Shown: positions 1 to 11,148 of the stretch, one piece after another
Layout of the letters: each line of letters begins with the position of its first letter
Numbering within the stretch: the stretch's first letter is position 1
Origin: Octopus vulgaris
Taxonomy: Eukaryota
NCBI GenBank assembly: GCA_951406725.2
Contig: OX597815.1
Coordinates: 120,838,001-120,902,000 of the forward strand
Direction: 5' to 3'
DNA length: 64,000 nt
Program-made: the position numbers and the translations under genes
Notes under the pieces: generated by a model
Databases searched by the model: none
Told to the model about the DNA's origin: nothing
The model's input: the letters and a program-made list of their open reading frames with translations, nothing else

Positions 1-74
1 AGAAGAAGACGAGGAAGAAGACTAGATCTTTGCCTTCCCCTTTCTATCCATTACCTTTTTACCTTTGCTTTCCC

Positions 75-562
75 CAAACACAATAGACAAAAAGTCGAAG
101 GCAAAGATCCTCTGTGACTTTGGCTTTTAGACAGACAAGATGTTAGAGCACCAAAGGCTGGATATAGAAACCATTAGGAAGGACAAACAAGAGTGCCTAA
201 TAAACGATGTGGCAGTGCCAGGAGGTCAACATATCATGAAACGAAGAGAAAAGGTAGATAAATATAGAGATCTCAGAATTGAGATCACCAAGATGTGATA
301 GCCATGAGAGTCAAACATAAAGGTTGTCACTGTTGTCATCAGATAATTGGGTTCAATACCACCTGACCTGAAGAAACATCTGGAAACCTTAGAAATACTT
401 TACAATCTAGGTGTATTGCAAGAATCAGCTCTGCTTGGAGCTGCACACATAAAGTACTGTCTGTCTGAAGTCTTTGCTGTGACTTGGCAGACAGTATTAA
501 CCTCCAACAGACACGATATCTTCAATCCATAACATCATGATATTGGATACTGTGTGACATTT
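75..562 (+). mobile_element. Degenerate 3' end of an R4/Dong-type (RLE) non-LTR retrotransposon
   Basis: Manual translation from ~104 gives KILCDFGF*TDKMLEHQRLDI...CLINDVAVPG, resembling the restriction-like endonuclease motif KILWDF..QTD...RPDI...IIDVAVP. ORF 347-532 contains LQESALLGAAHI. Followed by (AAT)n. Confidence 0.75.
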
Positions 563-600
563 ATGATGATAATAATAGTAATAATAACAATAATAATAAT

Positions 601-646
<46 letters not shown>

Positions 647-648
<2 letters not shown>

Positions 649-1061
649 TGGACTAAACTAAACGAAAAGAAATAGACAAAGAAAATCCCAGCAATGGCTG
701 AGAAGCTCAGGACTCAAAGCAGAAACAGAGGGATTTTTAATTGCAGCCAAGACCAAAGCCTCCCACCAGAAATTACCAAAACATGTAATGAAAAGAAATA
801 TTACAAGTAACTGCAGAATATGTGGAGATGGACAAGAAACAATAAATCATATTATCTCTAGCTGCCCAGTCCTGGCTAAGAAGGAATATATTCACAGACA
901 TGACAGAGTTGGAACTTACATACATTGGAAGCTATGCCAACATTATGGAATAACAACAGAAAAAAGATGGTATAGGCACACCACAGCACATACCCAAGGC
1001 ACACAGAGCTGTGCTCGGTAGTGAAGTGAAAGCACGCTATAAAAATAAAAATAAAACTACT
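647..1061 (+). mobile_element. 5'-truncated, internally deleted copy of the R4/Dong family seen at 41751-45860
   Basis: Near-identical to the reverse complement of ~42250-42585 (CRICGDGQETINHIIS.C CCHC finger, RHD). It then jumps at ~982 to the 3' UTR (cagcacatacccaaggcac...aactactg). Flanked by (AAT)n. Confidence 0.9.
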
Positions 1062-1080
1062 GAATAATAATAATAATAAT

Positions 1081-1403
1081 GCCCTGGGAATGATAGCGAA
1101 AGGGACTGATTGCTACCTAACTCAGATACCAGGAAACCCCAAAATGGCAGAAATTCAAAAGATAGTGCTCATGGGAACTGCTCATATCCTACGCAAAATA
1201 CTCTCTATGTAATCCCAAGGTTTAAAACAAACTTTTTTATTTTTTTATTTATTTTTTATGTATTAGACATTCACTAGTACAACACCAAAAAAAAAATAAA
1301 TAAACCAAATATATGGCACAGAACTTCCAACCTGTTGTCTCTTGAGGTCTCTGGGTGAGACTTGGAGCCAACTTGTACCGACATAAAGCAAAAGTCAAAC
1401 ATA
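1081..1403 (+). mobile_element. 3' fragment of a different R4/Dong-type family
   Basis: Translates ALGMIAKGTDCYLTQIPGNPKMAEIQKIVLMGTAHILRKILSM*, homologous to the C-terminus of ORF 41848-43149, but with a distinct 3' UTR. (AAT)n on both sides. Confidence 0.8.
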
Positions 1404-1404
1404 G

Positions 1405-1431
<27 letters not shown>

Positions 1432-1435
<4 letters not shown>

Positions 1436-1986
1436 GCCCTGATGCAGTACCAGGCAGTGGCTCTCATGGCTTCTGATCTTAACTGATTGGAAGTGTTATC
1501 ATGTACATTGTTTTGTCTTGGTATAAAAGATGGGCTACAGCAAATATTCTGCTCAATACCACAGATTTGCTTGTCAGTTGTTTGGCCTTAACCAGTTGAG
1601 CATGTCCCTTAGTGGCTGATATGTGCATCTCTGATCACGAGCAGAAGTAGTGGGGGAGCATCATGGCCATGTGTTGAGAGGGATTCTTTGGGGTTTGAAT
1701 AATTCACCTCTGGAAACATAGGTGTTTCGTTCAACATCCTAAAGCAACCCTTATTCAGGGACCTTTTGAGCAGGATGGGCTACTCAACCTGAAGAAAATT
1801 CTAACTGGGCTCCACCTGCAAGGTCATGTGCTGTTTATCTTGATATGAGATCACCATGTCGTGCACATATGGTTGTGATGCATGTGCCTGGTGTACCTTT
1901 ATCAGACAGGTAGTCATGATGGGTATATTGGGCTTCGTATATTTTACCCCAGTGTCACTTTGATGGCATGAACTGCTCTCTCACTC

Positions 1987-1988
<2 letters not shown>
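1432..1988 (+). mobile_element. ~555-bp non-coding interspersed element inserted in (AAT)n, copy 1
   Basis: Runs aaatgccctgatgcagtaccaggcag...ctctctcactcaat. Homologous copies at 2348-2906, 45991-46545, 63301-63830 and 63876-64000, always next to AAT/ATT repeats. Confidence 0.85.
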
Positions 1989-2051
<63 letters not shown>

Positions 2052-2064
2052 TAATAATAATAAT

Positions 2065-2255
2065 GTACTGAGAAGAGCATTATCACTGTGAAAACAACAT
2101 CCATTCATGAATTTATTTATTTATTAATTTTTTAAATACATATTTTACCTGTGAATTTGTGTGTGTAATCTTGGAATGCATAAAATGAGCTTCTCTGCCC
2201 TAGGTGTACGGAAAACACTCAGCGAGAAACAGAAGAAAATTTGAAGAAAGAAGGA
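2065..2255 (+). mobile_element. 3' tip of the R4/Dong family that is split by the Helitron
   Basis: gtactgagaagagcattatcactgtga (VLRRALSL*) plus the 3' UTR match the reverse complement of 31085-31275. Confidence 0.85.
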
Positions 2256-2264
2256 ATAATAATC

Positions 2265-2300
<36 letters not shown>

Positions 2301-2347
2301 TTAATAATAATAATAATAATGATGATGATAATAATAATAATGATAAC

Positions 2348-2906
2348 AAATGCCTTCATGCAATACTAGGCAGTGGCTCTCATGGCTTCTGATTTAACTG
2401 ATTGGAAGTGTTATCATGTACATGTTTTGATGTTTTGTTTTGGTGTAAAAAATGGGTTAAACCAAATATTTTTCTTAATACCATAAATTTGCTTTACAGT
2501 TGCTTGACTTTAACCAGTTGAACATGTTGTTTAATGGCTGATGATATATGCATCTCTGATCACGAGTAGGAGTAGTTGGGGTGCATCATAGCCATGTATT
2601 GAGAGGAATTCTTTGGGGCTTGAATAATTCGCCAATGGACGCATAGGTGTTTTGTTCATTATCATTAAACAACCCTTATTCAGGGACCTTTTAAGTGGGA
2701 TGGGCTACTTGACTTGAAGAAAATTCTAACTGGGCCCCACCTGCAAGGCCATGAGCTGCTTATCTTGATATGAAGTCATCACATCAAACACATATGATTG
2801 TGATGCCTGTGTGCCCTTACCAGTGAATAGTCATGATGGGTATATTGAGCTTTGTATGTTTGTACCCTACATCACTTTCATGGCAAGTGCTGATCTCATG
2901 CTCAAT
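2348..2906 (+). mobile_element. ~555-bp AAT-associated element, older diverged copy 2
   Basis: Colinear with 1432-1988 with many substitutions, and has the same ends. Confidence 0.85.
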
Positions 2907-2974
2907 GATAATAATAACAAAGAAAAAATTAGACAATGAAAAATCTATTAGATATAGGTAAAGAATATATATCA

Positions 2975-3300
2975 TCAATGGCATGTAAAAACCTTTTTAG
3001 CATTGGACTTCACAGAGGCAATGACAAATGACCAAGACCTTTGGCAATATACTGTGCTTGAGCAGAAAACCCATCAAGCCATGTGAAATCACAGTCATGG
3101 CAGATACCAGTGTCACACAATTGGCATCCATGCTGATGGCACATAAAAGCACCCATTGCACTCTTGGAGTGGTTGGCATTAGGAAGGGTATCCAGCTGTA
3201 GAAACCTTGCCAAATCAGACTGGAGACTGGTGCAGCCCCTCAGCTTACCATCCAACCCATGCTGGCATGGACAATAGATGTTAAATGATGATGATGATGA
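2975..3300 (+). mobile_element. SINE-like repeat ending in (GAT)n (family C)
   Basis: Motif gttggcattaggaagggcatccagctgtagaaac...ccatccaacccatgc..gcatgga...gttaaatgatgatg. Recurs at 3840-4070(-), 7235-7600, 11495-11690(-), 22930-23150, 24745-24880, 27470-27605, 30490-31022, 47497-47790(-) and 54360-54510(-). Confidence 0.75.
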
Positions 3301-3795
3301 TCATCATCATCATCATTATGACCGCCCCTCTCCTCCTTTTCCATGTTTACATGAATCAGTAGGAATTTGTTGAAACCAATTTTACAGCCTGAAACCCTTC
3401 ATGTTGCTATTCCTCATCTGTTTCCAAGCAAAGTAATGTTTCACTATAGAGAGATACATCTTCATGAAAGAATGGAAGCGAACAATAAGATGATGACACA
3501 CATTTTACAATTATGACACAATGTTAAAACAATGAGACACCAACATACACAAACACACATATCCATGCACAAATACACATATATATATACATGCAGTGGG
3601 ATTCTTTTAGTTTCCATTTAACACATCGGCTATCAATGCTTTGATCAATGCAGGTCTATAGTGGAAAAAACTTGCACATGATGCAGTTCTGTGGAAGTGG
3701 ATCAGAAATCATGTGGCTGGAAAGCAAATCTTCTTGACTACACAGCCATATCTGTATATAGATGTGTATGTGTGTGTGTGTGTAAATATACAGGC

Positions 3796-3831
<36 letters not shown>

Positions 3832-5639
3832 ATCATCGCCATCATCATCGTTTTACATCTGCTTTCCATGCTAGCATGGGTTGGATGGATTGACCGAGGA
3901 CTGGTGAGCCAGAGGCTGCACCAGGCTCAATCTGATCTGGCAAAGTTTCTACAGCTGGGTGCCCTTCCTAACCACTCCAAGAGTGTAGTGGGTGCTTTTA
4001 TGTGCCACCGGCATGAGGGCCAGTCATGTGGTACTGGCAAAAACCATGCTCAAAAGGTGTTTTTATGTGCTATATATACATGTATATATATTTACACATG
4101 TATGCATGTATTTTTAGCACCAGTGCCCTTACCACATGAAAAGACACCCAGTATACTCTGTAATGTGATTGGTATTGGGAAGGGCTTTCACTCATAGAAA
4201 CCATACCAAAACAGACAATGGAACCAACTGAGCTCCCACTCTTACCACCTCCTATCAAACCATTCAACTCATACCAGTATGGAAAATGGACGCTAAATGG
4301 TGATGATGATGAGGAAGATGATAATGATGATGATGAGGATGATAACAACAATGATGACAATGATGATGATAAATGATGATATTAGTGCAAATGAAACAAT
4401 ATGAATCAAAAATGAAAATGTTAATAGATACTGTATTAAAAACTCAAGAGTTAATAAAATGTTCATGTTACATCTTGTAGGTTAATTATTCATTTAATAA
4501 TACAATATTCTAAAGCAAAAATGTTGTGGAATGTCTGCAATAGTTAACAAATTCCAATCATTTAATTAATCCATTCTAGCCTTGGAACAAAACCTTTTCA
4601 CTGAAGCAGAGTATACAATGCAACTTAAATGCAAATCCCTTTGGATGTAAGGCAATGCAAATCTTCCCCAAAGAACTCAAATTCCTTCAAGAACTAAATA
4701 TTCTTTGATAAAGCTTATAGAATCTACTGACTCATTTTAAACTTTGCATCATTTTACACCCATGGAAATTTTTATTCTACATTATGCAATTCACCTTCTC
4801 TCAGTGAAAACATGATGTTTTTTAATATATATTTTGTCAAATTTTTATTCTGTTTTATTTTATTTATCATTATATATTTTTTGTCCAATATGGCTCTTTT
4901 TTCATGAGTTCACATCAGTCAACCAATATCTGTCTATTACATCCTACCAGATCATTACACCTTCCCATTGTATTTTACCATCCAACCAGTGCTTGCTATC
5001 TTATTTATAAAATCCTATTTGCACATTTTAAAACAATAAATGTTATGGTCCATTTTTCAAAATCATTGAAAGATTGGCATTAAAAGAAATTCACAGTAAC
5101 AATTTGTGAAGATTCAACATCTAGTCAATTAGCACATTTGTGGAAGACATTTTAAAATTTATTTTCAGTCTTCTTTGCATATCTGTTTATCTATTACCTC
5201 TGAATTCACAGAGCACTAGAGACAGATAGAATAAAAGAGCTGTAGAACATCTTCCATCAAATTCTTTTTCCAAAAATATTCTTATGTTTTCAAAAATAAT
5301 ATCATTTGAAATGTCTCATCAAAAGTCTGATGATTTTACAAAAAAAAGGATGAAGTAGCAAGCACTCTTTTTAACAAAGATAGCATTGGCATTCATACAA
5401 TTTTCATTCAAGATGAGAACATGTCCTCAACAAATCAAACCACTGGAGCTATTTTGCACAAGCAAATCATTTTAACTTGGTGAAAATGGAATGTTTTAAA
5501 GAGATTTGAAAATAGCTTTCAGAACTATTTACACTAGAATCTAAAAGCAAACTTCTATATTCGTTCATGTTTCATTGGACACAACTAAATATGTATACAA
5601 TACATGCAGTAACATATTCCAAAGACTTTTGTCCTGTAA

Positions 5640-7150
5640 TGGCCATAAATCTTGAAGCTAAAGAAATAACTACTAGCCTTAAAATAGATGATAGAGTTGG
5701 ATATTTAACTTTATGTAAATCCTATATTACATGAAAAGACCATATATTCAATTTCCTTAATAAACTCACAAGTAGGTTAATTAACTCTTTTAAAAGGGAA
5801 TTAAAATATAGTCAGCAATAATATCCTCCTTTCAATTATCCTTAAAACTAAAAAAAGCCAATATCATTACCACAGAGTGTTTCAACAATATCATCATCAC
5901 AAATTTACACAATTCGGTCTAAAAAATTTTCCCTCCATAACTAAACTTCTTTTCCATTAAGTTTTAGCGTTCACTACTAATTTTATTTCAATAAGAGTTT
6001 TATAAAAAGATTATCATGCATGTAAGGAAATATCTTTTCTTTGATTACTCATTCTTGATGATAAGTAGTACAATATGAATGGCCACAGGTCATGTATATA
6101 AGCAGTTATTATTCATAGAGCATCAGAAATAATATTATAGATATATTTATAGGATTAGATCTAATTCTCTGTTCCAGAATAGGCACAATGTGTCCCTGTA
6201 TATCATAAAAGGCAATTAAAAGAGTTGATGAGAAGAAGAGTATCAAGCTGTAAACTACTGCCTCGAAACCACATCCATCCCATGCCAACATGGGAAAGTA
6301 GTTTTTATCAACTGATGAATTAGGTCTATGGATCATGGTAATAATGGTTTCAGATTTTGGCACAAGGTCAGCAGATTTGGGGGAGGGGTAAGTCGATTAC
6401 AATGGCCCCATTACTCAACTGGTATTTATTTTATCAACCCTGAAAGGATGAAAAGCAAAGTCCACCTTGAGGGAATTTGAACCCATAACATAAAGGCAGG
6501 CAAAATGCTTAGCACCATTTTACCTGGCATGCTAACGATTTTGCCAGTTTACTGCCTTAAAAAAAGTGACTAGCAAGCTGCTAGAGGGAATCAAAACATG
6601 TAACTCTCAAATTCCAGTTAAGGGCTCTGTACTATCAAGCTAATGACCAATTACAAGGATTATGGTAATATTCTTTTCTATTCTAGGTACAAGGCCCGAA
6701 ATTTTGGGGAGAGGCCAGTCAATTAGATCAACTCCAGAACACAACAGGTATTTAATTTATCAACCCCAAAAGAATGAAAGGCAAAGTCAACCTCAGCAGA
6801 ATTAGAACTCAGAACGTAATGACAGACCAAATACTGCTAAGCATTTCACCTGGCATGCTAACATTTCTGCCAGCTCACCCCCTTTGATTATGGTAATATT
6901 TACAATAGTATTGTTAATTTCTTGGACATTATTTGAAACATATATACTAATGAATGTTACTGTTTTCAGAAAACCCAATGAAAATTTACAGCGTACCAAC
7001 AAAAATTCAAATCAGCCACCTTTTATTTTAAGAAATATGCTTTCTAATATTAGTAAACTAATACCATCCTTATCTTCAAATGAAGAAGTCTCCTTTAATT
7101 GTGGTGTTTGTTACACCATAACAATAAAGAATTATAGTTTCATAGACTAA
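5640..7150 (+). mobile_element. Old, degenerate Penelope-like element (Neptune-like) RT remnant interrupted by SINEs
   Basis: From 5645 the sequence translates INLEAKEITTSLKIDDRVGYLTLCKSYIT*KDHIFNFLNKLTSRLINSFKREL, like the YITLKDHK.NF...CRLINP.KSE motif. ORF 6884-7150 has FRKPNENLQRTNKNSNQPPFILRNMLSNISKLIPSLSSNEE, like RKPN...YIN..SNHPP...LSSNEE. Confidence 0.7.
6340..6885 (-). mobile_element. Two tRNA-derived SINE copies (family A) at ~6340-6557 and ~6670-6885
   Basis: Reverse strand reads g(c/t)gagctggcagaa...gttctgagttcaaatt...gactttgcctttcatcctttcggggttgataaa. Other copies at 10365-10545, 11160-11330, 17282-17500, 18045-18145, 21340-21545 and 24980-25205. Confidence 0.75.
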
Positions 7151-9055
7151 ATCATTTATATAAGAAATAATATCAACATCTACAAACAAGTCAATAGGTA
7201 AAGAAACATTTTATGATTTGAGTCACCTTTTAGTAAATTCGGGTTGTTGCCAGCGCCACCTGACTGGCTCCCTGTGCTAGTGACACGTAAAAAGCACCAT
7301 TTGAACATTGTCGATGCCACCCTACACCCGCCGCCCTGAATGGCTCTTGTGCCAGTGACAGCACATAAAAAGCACCAACCAAACATGGCCTATGCCAGTG
7401 CCACCTGACTGGCTCCCATGCTTGTGGCATGTAAAAAGCACCCACTACACTCTTGGAATGGTTGGTGTTAGGAAGGGCATCCAGCTGTAGAAACATTGCC
7501 AGATCAGATTGGAGCCGAAGGCAGCCTCCTGGCTTGTCAGTCTCTGGTCAAACCGTCCAACCCATGCCAGCATGGAAAATGGACATTAAATAATGATGAT
7601 GATTGCTTGCAGTAAACCTAAACGTAGGCCACTCTTACCAAAATGGTGTAAAGTAAAGACACATGTATGCAACACACATTTGCAGCCACATCCATCCACA
7701 CACATGATGGGCTTCTGTCTACTAATTTCATTCATAAAGCATTGGTTATCTCAAGGCTATGGTAGAAGATATTTGCTCAAGATACCATGCAATAGAATGG
7801 AACCAGAAACTCATAGTTAGGAAGTGAACTTCATTCTACTTAGCCACACATACATGCATACATACACACATACACACATACAGACAGGCAGACTTTACTT
7901 GTGTGTGCATATGTATACGCACACGTACATGCACATACATATATACATATGCTCACACACAAACATACACACACACAAACACACACACGCACACTCACAC
8001 AGGCACATATAGGGTGAAAGAGAGATATAGATATACATATTCATACATACACACATGCATGCATACAGACATACATACAATATATACATACAGCATACAT
8101 AGAATACAAACATACTTACATATAAGTATATATATGATATGTATGTATATGCGTGTGTGTATATACATAAATATCACTATTCACATTAGTTACTATGAAG
8201 GCATCCTTTATTGCTAGTAGCCACCCCAATGAATCTTTCCTCCTTTCACAACATAGTATACACCCATTAGTTTTACATAAAGACCAAAGACCCGGTAATA
8301 ATAGGAACTCGCTTCTAAACAATAAAATTCTGTATGAAAGATATCAGTTGTTTGGTGTGTTAGTTCTGAATTCAAATCCAACCAAGTCTAAGTTAGCTTT
8401 CCCCATCGCCACCACTCCACCCTTGCACACCACCAACCTCATCGCTTCAGCAAATAATGATTGCGTAGCAAGTAGTGAGATAAGTGATAAATAAAATAAC
8501 TCATATGTCAGAATGTAATCTAATAGTAATTTATTTGAACAGAGCTGTACACGAGAGTGTACGAGTGTACAAGTAGTGGTGGTGGTGGTGATGGGGTAGT
8601 AGGAATGGGGTCACATGACAACAACTACTATGACAACAATAAATTGCCTGTGAATAGCCAATGAAGGCAAAATATAAGGTAGCACTTCAAACACAAAATT
8701 GATTTAATTCATTCATCAAATAAAAAGTGGAAACCTATGTTTATTATTCACCTGGCTTATTGTTGTCTCTAAGTAATGTTGACTGACCAGAAATTGGTTG
8801 CCATGTGTTATAATGACATACAGTTAGAAAGCAATGCATGACAGAAATCATATTTCAAAATGCTAATTCTCTTTCATCCATATCCCCTACGGATTACCAA
8901 ATGGGTTTATGATTAAAAATTTACAGCGTCATATATATATCTTAAACTCAGCTTCTGACTACAAACATATCTGCCAATAATACATTTCTCATTACAATCT
9001 GGTGCCAGGACCTTTTCTATCTTTCTGTCACCACTGTTGTGCATAATTTCTATTT

Positions 9056-9488
9056 TTTTTAATGTCATGCTTAAACTGACAGACTTTGGGTTTTATTTAA
9101 ATCTATGAACTAAAGTTTGATCCTATCCAAGAAACTGATATATTATCTCTGTAGTCACATTTAATAAGTATCTTTCTAGACTGTAATATATTTTAATTAT
9201 TTTTTTTTCAAGCCACATGTTCCACAAACTGTAGCTTGTAATGTATGAGTGTATTCATGAAAGGATTATTTTAATGCCATGCATATAGTGACAGTCTTTG
9301 GCTTTTATTTAAATCTATGAACTAAAGTTTGATCTTATTTAAGATACCAATATATTATTTCTGTAGTCACATCTAATTGGTGTCTTTGCACACTGCAATA
9401 TATTTTAATTATCTTTGTTTCCAACCACATGTTCCACAGATCTGTAGCCTGGTAATATATGAACGCATTCATGAAAAAATTATTTCAT
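9056..9488. repeat. Diverged tandem duplication, 2 x ~212 bp
   Basis: tgacag.ctttgg.ttttatttaaatctatgaactaaagtttgatc occurs at 9077 and 9289. Downstream blocks (ctgtagtcacat, ccacatgttccaca, attcatgaaa) are also repeated. Confidence 0.85.
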
Positions 9489-10693
9489 GTTAGTGCAATT
9501 TCTCATTAGTTTTCTAAATTATAAATGACATGTGTTACATGTACTTAATTATAAGTGACATATGTTACCTTCTGCTGTTGAATCCTGTGTCTATAATTTT
9601 CAAGCTTCTTGAACAATCACATAACAATATGGATTAAATGGAGCAAAATCTCATTTTAACTTGGTGATTAGTAGACCATTACCAGACACAATACCACTTA
9701 ACTGTTACTCTTTCTTTTGATTAAGCCTCTGTAAATTTGTTGTTAGCTCTTCAACAGCCCTGTTTGCATAGTCTTATTTCAACCATAATAAACCTAAATT
9801 TGTTTGGTCTTAGTGTAACAAGGAATGTATTATGCACTGCATCTTTCTGTTTTTAAGATAACAAGATGTGATTTTAGTAAGATCTGATATTTCTAGCAGT
9901 CAGAGTGACTTCATTGTGGTTCTGGTTCTCTTATTGGCTTTTTGCTGTAAAGAAAAGAACAGAGGCGCTGAGAATTTGCAATATGATGACCTTATGAGGG
10001 CATCAGATAATTTACAGAATATGGCTAGTATGATTTACAGCTCATAACTGGCTAACCTTTGAAGGGCCTTGGTAGAGCAGGCCTATGATGAAAAACATTC
10101 CAGACACGACCGTCACATTTTTTTTCTAGTATACTGTGGCTAGACTACATCATGCAATGTGCCTTGCTGTTCTTAAGATGACAGGGTATGATTTGAAGAA
10201 GATTTAGCTGATATTTCTAGTGACTGTATTATGGCTCCTTTTGTTGTTGATACTATACATTAATAAACAAAGATACTTACAGGTTGCAGTGTCCTGCTCT
10301 AGGATTGCAGCAAATAGCTTATAAAATGCATCACAATTCAATGTAACTAACATTTAATGGTAAGGTGTTAAGCTGGCAGAATTGTCACTATATCAAACAA
10401 AATCTTTAGCAGCATTTCTTCTGGTTCTTTACATTCTGAGTTCAAATTTCACTGACATCAACTTTGCCTTTCATCCCTTTGGGGGTTGATAAAATAAAGT
10501 ACCAGTTAAGTACTGGGGTTGATGTAACTGATTTGCACTCTCCCTTTGAACTCTGCAACAAACTGACATTCCATTCAAGGGAACTGTTGTGATCTTGGTA
10601 ATTTATACACTATAGAAAACTGAGTAACTGGGCTTGAGCCCTTGGGCTAAAAAAATTAAATCAAAAAAACATTTAATAAACTTTAATAATAAT

Positions 10694-10873
10694 GGCACAG
10701 GAGTGGCTGTGTGGTAAGTAGGCTACTTACCAACCACATGGTTCCGGGTTCATTCCCACTTTGTGGCACTTTGGGCAAGTGTCTTCTACTATAGCCTCAG
10801 GCTAACCAAAGCCTTATGAGTGGATTTGGTAGATGGAAACTGAAAGAAGCCTGTCGTATATATGTATATATAT

Positions 10874-10933
<60 letters not shown>

Positions 10934-11148
10934 GTGTGCATATGTTTGTATGTCTGTGTTTGTCCCCCACAACATCGCTTGACAACTGATGTTGGTGTGT
11001 TTACGTCCTCATAACTTAGCGGTTCAGCAAAAGAGACTGATAGAATAAATATTAGGCTTCCAAAGAATAAGTCCTGGGGTCGATTTGCTCGACTAAAAGG
11101 CGGTGCTCCAGCATGGCCGCAGTCAAATGACTGAAACAAGTAAAAGAG
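10694..11148 (+). mobile_element. Full-length tRNA-derived CORE-like SINE (family B) with internal (TA)n/(TG)n and a LINE-derived tail
   Basis: A-box-like gtggctgtgtggtaag, B-box-like ggttcattccc, CORE-like ttgggcaagt, tail ggtgctccagcatggccgcagtcaaatgactgaaacaagtaaaaga. Other copies at 49536-50040(+), 61130-61545(-), 13230-13365(-), 28915-29067(-), 15060-15280(-) and 25830-26030(-). Resembles the octopus OR-type SINEs. Confidence 0.8.

Noticed and set aside
10694-10765. tRNA genes at SINE heads (also 13800-13863 and 51581-51650)
   Set aside because: A/B-box-like motifs continue into repeated SINE bodies and no proper cloverleaf forms.
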